Below are positions 9,037-18,512 of a DNA stretch of 64,000 nt, piece after piece (the stretch's first letter is position 1; each line of letters opens with the position of its first letter). The DNA is from Bacteroidota bacterium (GTDB lineage Bacteria; Bacteroidota; Bacteroidia; NS11-12g; UBA955): the NCBI GenBank assembly GCA_023957335.1, contig JAMLHC010000002.1, forward strand, positions 322,809-386,808, in the 5' to 3' direction. A program made the position numbers and the translations under genes. Below the pieces are notes generated by a model. That model did no database searches, was not told the origin of the DNA, and was given only the letters and a program-made list of their open reading frames with translations.

Positions 9037-9912
9037 TTGAAAAGGTTGATAGTCATAGCCGGACCCACAGCTTCGGGCAAATCCCAACTTGCTATCCAAC
9101 TGGCTCAAAAAATAAAATGTCCTATTATCTCTGCCGATTCGCGTCAGGTTTACAAAGAACTGAATATTGGTGTTGCCAGACCTTCCGATGATGAGTTATC
9201 ACAAGCTGAACATTATTTTATAGCATCTCATTCAATTCAAAATCCATTGAATGCAGGTCAATATGAGAAAGAAGTAATGACATTGTTGAGCCGTCTTTTC
9301 TCCAAACACAACAATATCATACTATGTGGTGGAACAGGTCTTTATATTAAAGCAGTTACAGATGGTTTAGATATTTTACCTAAAAGTGTACCTGAAATAC
9401 GCTCTGAACTCAACCGTATTTTTGAAGAGCAAGGTATCAGTGCGCTTCAAGAAATTTTGCTCAAATTAGACCCTGAATTTTATCCTCAAGCAGAAATACA
9501 CAATCATCAAAGGCTTATCAGAGCCATTGAAATTGCCAAAATCAGCGGAAAATCCAACCTTGATTTCAGACGCAAAAAATTAGCCACAAGAGCCTTTGAA
9601 ACAACTTCCTATTGTATTGACATAGAGCGACATAGACTCTACGAAAGAATAAACAACAGAGTGGATGAAATGACTATTAAAGGGCTGGAACATGAGGCAA
9701 AAAACCTATTATCTTATAAAAATACAGAGCCACTCAAAACCGTAGGTTACAGTGAATTTTTTGACTATTTTGAAGGCAAAACAGACTATGCCACCTGCAT
9801 TTCCTTAATCAAACAAAACACACGCAGATACGCCAAACGACAAATAACTTGGTTCAAGAATCAAGGCGACTTTACTTTCATTGCACCGGAGGAGCTCCTC
9901 CATTTGTTCTGA
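9037..9912 (+). CDS. miaA: tRNA dimethylallyltransferase
   Basis: IVIAGPTASGKS P-loop and the MiaA core motifs (DSRQVY, ...GGTGLY). Confidence 0.9.
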   Translation: MKRLIVIAGPTASGKSQLAIQLAQKIKCPIISADSRQVYKELNIGVARPSDDELSQAEHYFIASHSIQNPLNAGQYEKEVMTLLSRLFSKHNNIILCGGTGLYIKAVTDGLDILPKSVPEIRSELNRIFEEQGISALQEILLKLDPEFYPQAEIHNHQRLIRAIEIAKISGKSNLDFRRKKLATRAFETTSYCIDIERHRLYERINNRVDEMTIKGLEHEAKNLLSYKNTEPLKTVGYSEFFDYFEGKTDYATCISLIKQNTRRYAKRQITWFKNQGDFTFIAPEELLHLF

Positions 9913-10462
9913 TATTATGCACGACTTCTTCAAACCTCTCCATGCGTTTGAGAAACATCGCTTCAGAGTCAATGACAGGGTCTAAATATTTCGAACTCAG
10001 CTCTTGTAACTCACTAATACCATTTGACACTTCACTCAAATACAGCTTAAAATCTTGCTTTCCATAGTCTCCATCTTCAACAGACTGTCTCAGTGTATGG
10101 AGCTGAATAAGCAGTTCTTCAGCCTCCTTGACTATGCTTTCTATATGATGGTCGAGATTGTCATACATCATAGCAAATCCTTGATAATCAATTAAAATTT
10201 GCTTTAGCTCTCCATCTATTTGCTGTGGCTTATCCATGTTTTGGAAAGAATCAAGCATGGAAATAATATACTGTTTTCTGTGCGCAATCTCCTCAAAATC
10301 TATCTCATCCAATTTGTATTTTATTTGAGCTAAGTCATTTTGTAACGAGTCAATATACTCCAACGAGCGTTGCTTTTCATACGCAGATTTAGATTGTTGA
10401 TTACAAGCAACAACTCCGAGAACTAATAGAATAATAAATAAAAAGTTGATTTTCAATTTCAT
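9878..10462 (-). CDS. hypothetical lipoprotein (coiled-coil rich)
   Basis: Start set at MKLKINFLFIILLVLGVVAC, which gives a lipobox Cys. It lies 1 nt downstream of the TonB-dependent receptor gene. Its 3' end overlaps the miaA 3' end by 35 nt in convergent orientation. Confidence 0.45.
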   Translation of the reverse strand: MKLKINFLFIILLVLGVVACNQQSKSAYEKQRSLEYIDSLQNDLAQIKYKLDEIDFEEIAHRKQYIISMLDSFQNMDKPQQIDGELKQILIDYQGFAMMYDNLDHHIESIVKEAEELLIQLHTLRQSVEDGDYGKQDFKLYLSEVSNGISELQELSSKYLDPVIDSEAMFLKRMERFEEVVHNIRTNGGAPPVQ

Positions 10463-10463
10463 T

Positions 10464-12881
10464 TCAAAAGTTAGACTTAATAGAAAAGACAAAATTTCTA
10501 CCTGCAGATGCTATTCCGGAACGATACACTCTGTATCTCTTATCAAGAATATTCTCAATACCGACAGTAAAAGATATATTGTCCAGAAAGTGATACATTG
10601 AAATAAAGTTTAAAGTCGCCCAAGCGGGAGAATATACATTACCGTTTTTGTCCTTAGCATACAGATAGGACTTGCTAATTTCAGAGGCGTCCATCATTTT
10701 ATAGCTGACTTGTGAGCTAAACATTGTATAAACCTGCATGGTTAATTTATTGTATTTGTATGTCAAACGTGACACTCCGTATGCTGGCGCAATATGTCGA
10801 GGACGGCTTAAGTTACCATCATCCATTTCTTCTGTTCCATCTTGAAAATTATATTTAGCAGAAAAAATAAATCCGGCAGGAAGTTTTACATCAACCCCAA
10901 CAAAAGCTCCATATATTTTAGCATAAGCAGCATTTTGAATTCCATAAACTTCACTCATGACACCGTTATACATAACACTATCCTGCCCGTTAAACAAAAA
11001 AGGTCTTCGCACCATTGCTTGGTCTAAGTATGTATAGTATCCGGTTATTTCAAGTTTTAAAGCACTCCCAAAACTTTTAACAACATTAAGTTCTCCGTTA
11101 TATACATATTCAGCTTGTAAGTTTGGATTTGGCACCACCACTTCTCCTGACACCACGTCAGTAATTTTACCAAAATCGTCCACATTGGGTGCTCTAAATC
11201 CGGTAGAACCATTTATACTCACAATCCAAGTTTGACTTGCTTTATATACGAATCCTAAACTTCCGGTCAAAGCGTTTTTATCCACCTTTGCGCTGTTAAA
11301 ACTAAATGGGTAAAAAGGCAATAACCTGCTAAAGTCTGAGTTAATGTTATAATTATTAAATCGTCCACCTGCTTGCAAAGTCAACTTCTTAGAAAGCAAA
11401 TATTGATAACTCAAATAAGCTGCATAGGACTGCCATCTGGATTGAGGATAACGGTCTTCGTAAGCAACAGCACTTCCGTTGCGGATATCAATGGCAGAAC
11501 CATTGGAGATGACATTATTAAACACATACTCAACACCATAAAAAAAAGTGTTTCTATGCAACGATTTGACAAAATCCACATTGGCAGAATACGTTTCTAC
11601 CCTATCTAATTGAGTTTTCAGGAGATTTTTCTTAGACCCTGTTAGATTTCTGCTTATTCTACTTTCTTCTGTATTTTGTACAGCCAATCTTACATTCATT
11701 TCATCATAGAAACGATTATTTCTGTAATGCGATAATGTAAAGTTATTCATCATCCATTTTTGAGGTCCATAGTTCCAGAAAGCAGCTGTGGGAAGTCCAT
11801 TTTTCATTTCAATCAACTTATCATAACGACTATATTCCGAGGTTTCGGAAAAATGAAATGCATATTGGAAATCCCAGTAGTTATTTGGTTTAAAGCGGAT
11901 TTTTTGCATTACATTAGTTTGAGAATATGCTGTGGGAATCTGCACCTTTGGGTCGGGGTTAGAAAACACCCTGTCAACACTGTCTATTCTCACAATATAA
12001 TATGTTTTCAAATATTCCTGAGGACCGTATGCCCCCATTTTTAAATCTCCAAATTCATTGTGTGAAATACTGGTAAGCATAGACCATTTGCGCCAGCCAA
12101 CATTCACATCAATGTGTCCTGTTTTTTCATTATTGGCAGAAGCAGTTCTCAATACCACATTGCCTTTCACTAAGGGGGATTGGGTAAAAGAAAATCCCGG
12201 TGTCAATGTCTTAAAGCTCATTACTCCTCCAATAGCGTCACTACCATACATTACTGAACCGGGTCCAAAAAAGATTTCCGCATTTTCCATAGCAAATGGG
12301 TCTAAGGAAATCACATTCTGCAAATTGCCTGAGCGATAAATTGCAGAATTCATTCTGACACCATCAACAGAATATAGCAGGCGGTTTGCTGCAAACCCTC
12401 TTATCATAGGACTTCCACCTCCTTGTTGACTCTTTTGGATAAATACCTCACCTGAATTTCCAAGCATATCGGCAGCAGTTTGAGGGTTAAAAAAAGCAAT
12501 ATCCTTAGGGGTAATCAATGAAATATGCGCAGGCACAAACTCGGACGTTTGCATCCAACGATTGGCAGAAACTACAACCCCATCAATGTTGATAGCAATG
12601 GGAGACAAGGATACATTAAAAGATGCTTTCTCAATTTCGGCATAACTCATCACCTTTGATTGAAACCCAAGTGCCCTAAATTCAATTTTCTCGACATTGA
12701 CAAGCAAAGAAATATCTGCTTGCCCCATTACATTGGTAATCGTGCTAAAGGACGGATTTTCACACAAAATATTTACTCCATACTGCGGTTTTTTATCCTC
12801 TGCATTCAGAACTGTTACGATTTGCGAAAACACATTAGTTGAACTAATCAGCAGAGTAATAAACAAAACTATCTTTCTCAT
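10464..12881 (-). CDS. TonB-dependent receptor with N-terminal carboxypeptidase-regulatory-like domain
   Basis: Signal peptide, a plug-domain motif (NIDGVVVSANRWMQ...) and a beta-barrel ending in a C-terminal aromatic residue. 805 aa. Confidence 0.85.
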   Translation of the reverse strand: MRKIVLFITLLISSTNVFSQIVTVLNAEDKKPQYGVNILCENPSFSTITNVMGQADISLLVNVEKIEFRALGFQSKVMSYAEIEKASFNVSLSPIAINIDGVVVSANRWMQTSEFVPAHISLITPKDIAFFNPQTAADMLGNSGEVFIQKSQQGGGSPMIRGFAANRLLYSVDGVRMNSAIYRSGNLQNVISLDPFAMENAEIFFGPGSVMYGSDAIGGVMSFKTLTPGFSFTQSPLVKGNVVLRTASANNEKTGHIDVNVGWRKWSMLTSISHNEFGDLKMGAYGPQEYLKTYYIVRIDSVDRVFSNPDPKVQIPTAYSQTNVMQKIRFKPNNYWDFQYAFHFSETSEYSRYDKLIEMKNGLPTAAFWNYGPQKWMMNNFTLSHYRNNRFYDEMNVRLAVQNTEESRISRNLTGSKKNLLKTQLDRVETYSANVDFVKSLHRNTFFYGVEYVFNNVISNGSAIDIRNGSAVAYEDRYPQSRWQSYAAYLSYQYLLSKKLTLQAGGRFNNYNINSDFSRLLPFYPFSFNSAKVDKNALTGSLGFVYKASQTWIVSINGSTGFRAPNVDDFGKITDVVSGEVVVPNPNLQAEYVYNGELNVVKSFGSALKLEITGYYTYLDQAMVRRPFLFNGQDSVMYNGVMSEVYGIQNAAYAKIYGAFVGVDVKLPAGFIFSAKYNFQDGTEEMDDGNLSRPRHIAPAYGVSRLTYKYNKLTMQVYTMFSSQVSYKMMDASEISKSYLYAKDKNGNVYSPAWATLNFISMYHFLDNISFTVGIENILDKRYRVYRSGIASAGRNFVFSIKSNF

Positions 12882-12927
12882 TTATATTCCTCCACAAATA
12901 AAAGCAATAACATCTCAGCAAAAGTTT

Positions 12928-13362
12928 TTAATTAAAATTTTCAGGGATATAAAGAGTATAGCGCCTTTTATTTTCTTTCAAATGATTGATTGTAACATAG
13001 ATAGCCATGTTTTTGTCAATAAAATCCTCAATCAGTTCGGGCCACTCAATGAAACAAGGAGTATCCCCTTCAATATATTCCGAGCCTCCTATACTCCAGA
13101 ACTCTTCAATAGAGTTCAACCTATATAAATCAATATGATACAGTTTTTGAGTCCCTACTCCATATTCATTTATCAAACCAAAACTTGGACTGTCTGTTAC
13201 CTCATCAACCCCAAGCTGTTTAGATATAGCTTTAACCAAGGTGGTTTTACCCGTTCCCAAGTCACCTTGAAGTAAGACAATATTGCGCTCCGTCAAGAGT
13301 TCTGAAATTTTCTTAACTAAACTACCTATTTCATCCAAACTTAGTTCAAGGACTTCCTTCAT
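12928..13362 (-). CDS. tsaE: tRNA threonylcarbamoyladenosine biosynthesis protein TsaE
   Basis: LQGDLGTGKTTLVK Walker A in a YjeE-family context. 144 aa. Confidence 0.85.
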   Translation of the reverse strand: MKEVLELSLDEIGSLVKKISELLTERNIVLLQGDLGTGKTTLVKAISKQLGVDEVTDSPSFGLINEYGVGTQKLYHIDLYRLNSIEEFWSIGGSEYIEGDTPCFIEWPELIEDFIDKNMAIYVTINHLKENKRRYTLYIPENFN

Positions 13363-13367
13363 TGCAG

Positions 13368-14918
13368 TTAATTGCTCAACGAAACCAATGGAACGAGCAT
13401 TTCTTCCATGCTAATGCCTCCATGTTGTATGGTGTCGCGGTAATATTTTACATAGTGATTATAGTTATTGGGGTAGGCAAAAAAATCTGTTCCTTTACAA
13501 AATACGAACCCGGAACTTACATGAAGTTTTGGCAAAAAAGCCATCTCCGGTTTCTTTATTTCAAACACCTCTTTGGGGTTATAGCTCAGATTTTTGCCTT
13601 GTTTGTAGCGCAGGTTAGTAGTAGTATTTCTGTCTCCCATTATTTTCACGGGTTCCTGCACTTTTACTGAACCGTGATCAGTTGCAATCACTAATTTGAC
13701 TTTCTTTTCAGCAATGCGTTGAATGGCTTCCCACAATGGTGAATGTTTGAACCAACTGTCTGTGAGTGAGCGATAAGCTGCCTCATCTTCCGACAACTCC
13801 CTCATAACACTTACATCTGTCCTGGCGTGTGAAAGTGTATCAATAAAATTATAAACTATCACATTGAGTTGATTGTTAAACAAATTAGGGATATTTTCAA
13901 CCATTGCTTTTCCGTTGTCAAGATTGGTAACTTTGGTGTAGCTGTGTTTAATATTAACTCTGAGTCTTTGCAGCAGGTCTGCGAGAAAATCAGATTCATA
14001 TAAATTTCTGCCTCCTTCGTCCTCGTCATTAGACCATTTGTCAGGAAATCGTTTTTCAATCTCAGATGGCAACAATCCACTGAATATGCTGTTTCTGCAA
14101 TATTGTGTGGTTGTAGGCAGAATACTCAAACTCATCCCTTCGTGTTCTACTTTGAAAAGAGTTTTAATTGTTTCGGAAATTACTTTCCATTGGTCATAAC
14201 GCAGATTGTCTATCAACAGAAAAAATACAGGTACTTTACTTTCCAAATGTGGCAACACTTTTCTTCTGATAAGATTATGGCACATCACAGGGCTGTCATC
14301 TCCCGTTTGCTTTAAAAAATCCAGATAATTCTTTTGAATAAAATCAGAAAAATTACGATTAGCTTCTTTCATTTGGGATTCCAGCACCTCTTTCATGCTT
14401 TGATCTTGCGCCTTTTGAATTTCAAGTTCCCAATAGACCATTTTTTTGTAAATATCCTTCCATTCGTTAAGCTTGCGGGCATCCATCATCGCCATTGATA
14501 TATTTCGAAAATCTCGTTGATAACCTAAATTGGTTTTTTCGGACTTGATTCTACCGCTTTCAAGCAATTTTTTGAGAGAAAGAATAATTTGATTAGGGTT
14601 TACGGGTTTGATGAGGTAGTCAGCAATTTTGGAACCGATTGCCTCCTCCATAATTTGTTCTTCTTCAGACTTTGTAATCATCACAACCGGAATTTCGGGA
14701 TAAGATTCTTTGATGCGTGACAAAGCCTCCAAGCCGGACATCCCCGGCATATTTTCATCCAAAAAAACCACTTTGGGATTTTGTTTGATAACAGCCTCAA
14801 CAGCATCAGTACCATTATTAACTGTAATCACTTGATAGCCTTTTTTTTCTAAAAATAGGATATGTGGCTTGAGCATATCAATCTCATCGTCTGCCCAAAG
14901 AATTGTAATCGGATTCAT
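13368..14918 (-). CDS. porX: response regulator with CheY-like receiver and PglZ/alkaline-phosphatase-like output domain (PorX-like, T9SS regulator family)
   Basis: The N-terminal receiver has ADDE and a conserved D in VVFLDENMPGMSG. The roughly 380-aa C-terminal part has no DNA-binding domain. Total length 516 aa, as in PorX orthologues. Confidence 0.6.
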   Translation of the reverse strand: MNPITILWADDEIDMLKPHILFLEKKGYQVITVNNGTDAVEAVIKQNPKVVFLDENMPGMSGLEALSRIKESYPEIPVVMITKSEEEQIMEEAIGSKIADYLIKPVNPNQIILSLKKLLESGRIKSEKTNLGYQRDFRNISMAMMDARKLNEWKDIYKKMVYWELEIQKAQDQSMKEVLESQMKEANRNFSDFIQKNYLDFLKQTGDDSPVMCHNLIRRKVLPHLESKVPVFFLLIDNLRYDQWKVISETIKTLFKVEHEGMSLSILPTTTQYCRNSIFSGLLPSEIEKRFPDKWSNDEDEGGRNLYESDFLADLLQRLRVNIKHSYTKVTNLDNGKAMVENIPNLFNNQLNVIVYNFIDTLSHARTDVSVMRELSEDEAAYRSLTDSWFKHSPLWEAIQRIAEKKVKLVIATDHGSVKVQEPVKIMGDRNTTTNLRYKQGKNLSYNPKEVFEIKKPEMAFLPKLHVSSGFVFCKGTDFFAYPNNYNHYVKYYRDTIQHGGISMEEMLVPLVSLSN

Positions 14919-15006
14919 ATTGCAATATTAGTGAATATGCCTCTGATTTTTGTATTCAATCAGATATTTGTAAAGGTAATATACTGCTGTTCAGAGAAAA
15001 TAAAAA

Positions 15007-16047
15007 TCAACTTCTCTTTTTCAGAAAAGGATTATTCTGATAAATTCTTTCAATGATTTCAACCACTTTCAACCCTTCGAGTGCATTGGTAGTAACTACA
15101 TTTCTACCTTTGAGCGTATCAATCACATTGTCATAAAAGAGGTTGTGATTGTTTGCAGAGCCTTTGTACCCTCCATAATCATTGGCAGGGTTAGCTTCCG
15201 GCAACTCAGGCATTTGGTAATCCTTAATATTGCATATTTCAACTTCATTCATATACTGACCGCCAATCTTAACAGTTCCGTTCTCTGCAATAATTGTCAA
15301 GGATGATTCCAGGTTCTTATCCCAGACGGCAGTTGAGTAATTAAGACAGCCCATACCTCCATTGATGAAATCAAAGTTGACTACACCGCTGTCCTCAAAA
15401 TCCGTGTTTTGTTGATGTTTAAAATCTTGAAATTTTGCTTTGATATTGGTTATATCACCAAAAAGCCAATACATAATATCAATAAAGTGAGAAAATTGGG
15501 TAAACAGTGTTCCTCCGTCCAATTCCAAATCTCCTTTCCACGTGTCAGGCTTATAGTATCTTTCATCGCGATTCCAATAACAATTGATTTGCACCATGAA
15601 AATCTCTCCTAAAACTCTTCGTTCCAACAAATCTTTAATCCAGGCAGAAGGAGGAGAATAACGATTTTGCATTACACAAAAAACCTGTTTGGACATTTGT
15701 AAGGCTTTGAAAATCATTTTTTCACAATCAGCTTTGCTCAATGACATAGGTTTTTCAATGACAAGATTTTTTTGGGACGAAAGTGCTTTCAACCCAAAGT
15801 GGGCATGCAAACCATTGGGGGTGCAAACTGAAACCACATCAATCTCAGGATGTTGTTCTAACATTTCGTCTGCCGAAGCATAGAAAGGTGTTTCGAATTG
15901 GTCAATTCCCAATACACTTTTGTCTTTGATATCACATAAAGCCACTAATTCAGCTTCAGGATGACGATGTACCATTTCTGCATGTCTTTTCCCTATGTGC
16001 CCGCAACCAATAACGGCAAACTTAACTGTCCGATTTTGAATATTCAT
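15007..16047 (-). CDS. Gfo/Idh/MocA family NAD(P)-dependent oxidoreductase
   Basis: VKFAVIGCGHIGKRH Rossmann motif. Start moved to MNIQNRTVKF. Confidence 0.8.
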   Translation of the reverse strand: MNIQNRTVKFAVIGCGHIGKRHAEMVHRHPEAELVALCDIKDKSVLGIDQFETPFYASADEMLEQHPEIDVVSVCTPNGLHAHFGLKALSSQKNLVIEKPMSLSKADCEKMIFKALQMSKQVFCVMQNRYSPPSAWIKDLLERRVLGEIFMVQINCYWNRDERYYKPDTWKGDLELDGGTLFTQFSHFIDIMYWLFGDITNIKAKFQDFKHQQNTDFEDSGVVNFDFINGGMGCLNYSTAVWDKNLESSLTIIAENGTVKIGGQYMNEVEICNIKDYQMPELPEANPANDYGGYKGSANNHNLFYDNVIDTLKGRNVVTTNALEGLKVVEIIERIYQNNPFLKKRS

Positions 16048-17725
16048 TGATAAAAATTTGTCTATCTCTAAAGTTACAATATAGATCTGCAATATTAGCT
16101 ACTTCCTGGTTATGTGAAGTAAGAATTATTGTGTGACCTGCATTCTTGAGTGTTTTAACAGTTTGAATAATAATCTGTGTATTATGTGAATCTAAATTAG
16201 CAGTAATTTCATCCAACAACAGAATGCTACTCCTCCTGTATATAGCTCTCGCCAGCATCAACCTTTGTTTCTGTCCTTCTGAGATTCTATAACCTTCCTC
16301 TCCAATTTGACGTGTTTCACAATCCTCAATAAAATCTTCCAGACCTGCTTGGCGCAATGCTGTTTTGACTTTGTCCAAATCGGGCATACTATCTGACCCA
16401 AAGCATACATTTTCAACTATACCATCTTTTAACACATAAGGTTTTTGACTAATCAAAGCAATCTGACTTTGCCATGAGCGCAGATTATTGTCTTTGAGTA
16501 CTTTGCCATCCACAAGTAGCTCTCCTTCCGTTGCCTTCATTTGCCCTGCAATAATGCGCATGAGTGACGACTTACCAACTCCTGACTCTCCGGTAAAAAC
16601 CACAATACAGCCTTTGGGTATGTTCAAATTAACTTTATTCAATATCGGGGTTCCACTATTACTGTACATCAGACTCAAGTTTTTCAACTCAATTTCTTTT
16701 GCAAATGGGAGCATTTCTTCCTCAATAAATTTATTGTTATCATAATCTGAACTGTTGAGGTGTCTGCTATACAACCTAATTTGAACCAAATTGAGCTGAA
16801 TTCGGTTAATTGCCGGAATCAAACGAAACAAAGCAAGTGCAAAAATAGACCCCATCATGATAAAATCCTCCGTAGGATTCATCAATCGTGCATACAAAAT
16901 CAACATTATCAAACCAATTACCGAAATCAATTCATTTACCCTAAAAGGTATGATACGCAATGAATTAGTGTCTAATTCCCCCATTGCAAGGTCTAAAACT
17001 TTGGAAGATAAACTTTCCTTGAATTTGTCTTGCGCACTACTTTGTTTCATATCTAACATCCCACTCAGATTGACTGCCATACTGTCAAAGAGCTTCTTTC
17101 TTCTTTCAATATTTTTTTCACCTAAACTAATACTCCTTTGTCGAATCCACTTATAAGCAACCCCCCCTGACACAAGCAATATAACCATTAAACCCACAGA
17201 AACATAAGGATAGAAGGCTATCATTCCGATTACAATAAAAATCAGAACTACTAATTCTTGGAATAAGGTAAAAAGCGGTACAAATATGCCTTGTCCTAAA
17301 TATAAGGGTTGAAAATATACTTTTTCTGAGAACAGAGAAGTATCAGTTTCCATTCTTTTCTCATAAGGGAGGTTCAAAAATTTTTCAATATTCTTAGCAG
17401 AAACAAAACTTACAATTTTAGCGACTAATTTGACTTGTTTCTTTTGCAGATAAAATGCTATTAACGATTTGAGCAGAAAGAATATGAGCACAATCAAAAG
17501 AAAAACATACTGATACCAAGCCGGCATCATTTCTAAGCGATAATCGTGCGCCTTTCCTGTATTCAACAACAGAAGCAATACCGGCAACAAAAAAGCCAGT
17601 CCTACAAAGTCAGCCAAAGAAAGCATTGACAATTCAGTCGCGTGTTTAAACACTTTAGGTCTAAGCACCGGTGGCAGAAAAGTCAACGATTTTTTAACTA
17701 TTTTAATGACTTCGTTTATGAACAT
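16022..17725 (-). CDS. ABC transporter, fused permease/ATP-binding protein (exporter type)
   Basis: Six TM helices, then Walker A GESGVGKSS, the signature LSGGQKQRLMLARA, and Walker B ILLLDE. The start is probably the internal ATG at 17723-17725; the ORF-track start is 17833. Confidence 0.8.
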   Translation of the reverse strand: MFINEVIKIVKKSLTFLPPVLRPKVFKHATELSMLSLADFVGLAFLLPVLLLLLNTGKAHDYRLEMMPAWYQYVFLLIVLIFFLLKSLIAFYLQKKQVKLVAKIVSFVSAKNIEKFLNLPYEKRMETDTSLFSEKVYFQPLYLGQGIFVPLFTLFQELVVLIFIVIGMIAFYPYVSVGLMVILLVSGGVAYKWIRQRSISLGEKNIERRKKLFDSMAVNLSGMLDMKQSSAQDKFKESLSSKVLDLAMGELDTNSLRIIPFRVNELISVIGLIMLILYARLMNPTEDFIMMGSIFALALFRLIPAINRIQLNLVQIRLYSRHLNSSDYDNNKFIEEEMLPFAKEIELKNLSLMYSNSGTPILNKVNLNIPKGCIVVFTGESGVGKSSLMRIIAGQMKATEGELLVDGKVLKDNNLRSWQSQIALISQKPYVLKDGIVENVCFGSDSMPDLDKVKTALRQAGLEDFIEDCETRQIGEEGYRISEGQKQRLMLARAIYRRSSILLLDEITANLDSHNTQIIIQTVKTLKNAGHTIILTSHNQEVANIADLYCNFRDRQIFINEYSKSDS

Positions 17726-17866
17726 GATGCTCGCCTGTAAACGGAGTTGCGAAAGTAAGCATAGACTTCGACTTTTGGTGATTGCAAATAGGAATATTGA
17801 CTTGAAATTTAATTGTGTCTCCTTTATACTCATGAAATTAGGCTATCTTTGACGGTTCATTCAGAC

Positions 17867-18439
17867 ATGAGCACATCAGGCAAAGTCATTATTTTTTCGG
17901 CACCTTCCGGCACGGGTAAAAGCACAGTAGTAAATCATCTTTTACAAGTTTTTGACAATCTAGAATTTTCGGTTTCTGCAACCACTCGCAAGCCCAGAGG
18001 CAAAGAAGTCAATGGCAAAGAATATTATTTCTTATTAGAAAATGATTTTAAACAGAAACTGGCAAACAACGAATTTCTGGAACACGAAATGGTGTATGAA
18101 GGATTGTACTATGGTACATTATGGTCAGAGGTAAAAAGAATTTGGAATGATGGCAAAACCGTAGTTTTTGATGTAGATGTAATGGGAGGCTTGAATATCA
18201 AAAAACAATTTGGCTCCAATGCACTGGCAGTATTCCTAAAACCACCCAGTATTGATGTTTTAATGGAAAGGTTAAAAAAACGCAGTACCGAAGTCGAACA
18301 TGAACTTCAAGAGCGTATTAACAAAGCCCATCACGAGCTTTCGTATGAAAGCAAATATGATGTTGTCATTGTCAATGATGTTTTGGAAGATACCTTTGCT
18401 AAGTGTGAAAAATTAGTGAGAGATTTTACCTCCAATTAA
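17867..18439 (+). CDS. gmk: guanylate kinase
   Basis: SAPSGTGKST P-loop, TTRKPR, and the EYYF guanylate-kinase signature. Start moved to MSTSGKVIIF. Confidence 0.9.
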   Translation: MSTSGKVIIFSAPSGTGKSTVVNHLLQVFDNLEFSVSATTRKPRGKEVNGKEYYFLLENDFKQKLANNEFLEHEMVYEGLYYGTLWSEVKRIWNDGKTVVFDVDVMGGLNIKKQFGSNALAVFLKPPSIDVLMERLKKRSTEVEHELQERINKAHHELSYESKYDVVIVNDVLEDTFAKCEKLVRDFTSN

Positions 18440-18450
18440 TATTTTGTTCA

Positions 18451-18470
18451 TAAAAGGCTATATAGCCCTT
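18451..18470. terminator. palindrome between convergent gmk and icmF (weak terminator candidate)
   Basis: AAAA-GGCTATATAGCC-CTT. Read on the minus strand it is followed by TTTT. Perfect 12-bp palindrome, but a short effective stem. Confidence 0.25.
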
Positions 18471-18512
18471 GAGGTATTGTTCCACTCAAGATTTCCGAGC
18501 ATATAATTCCGA

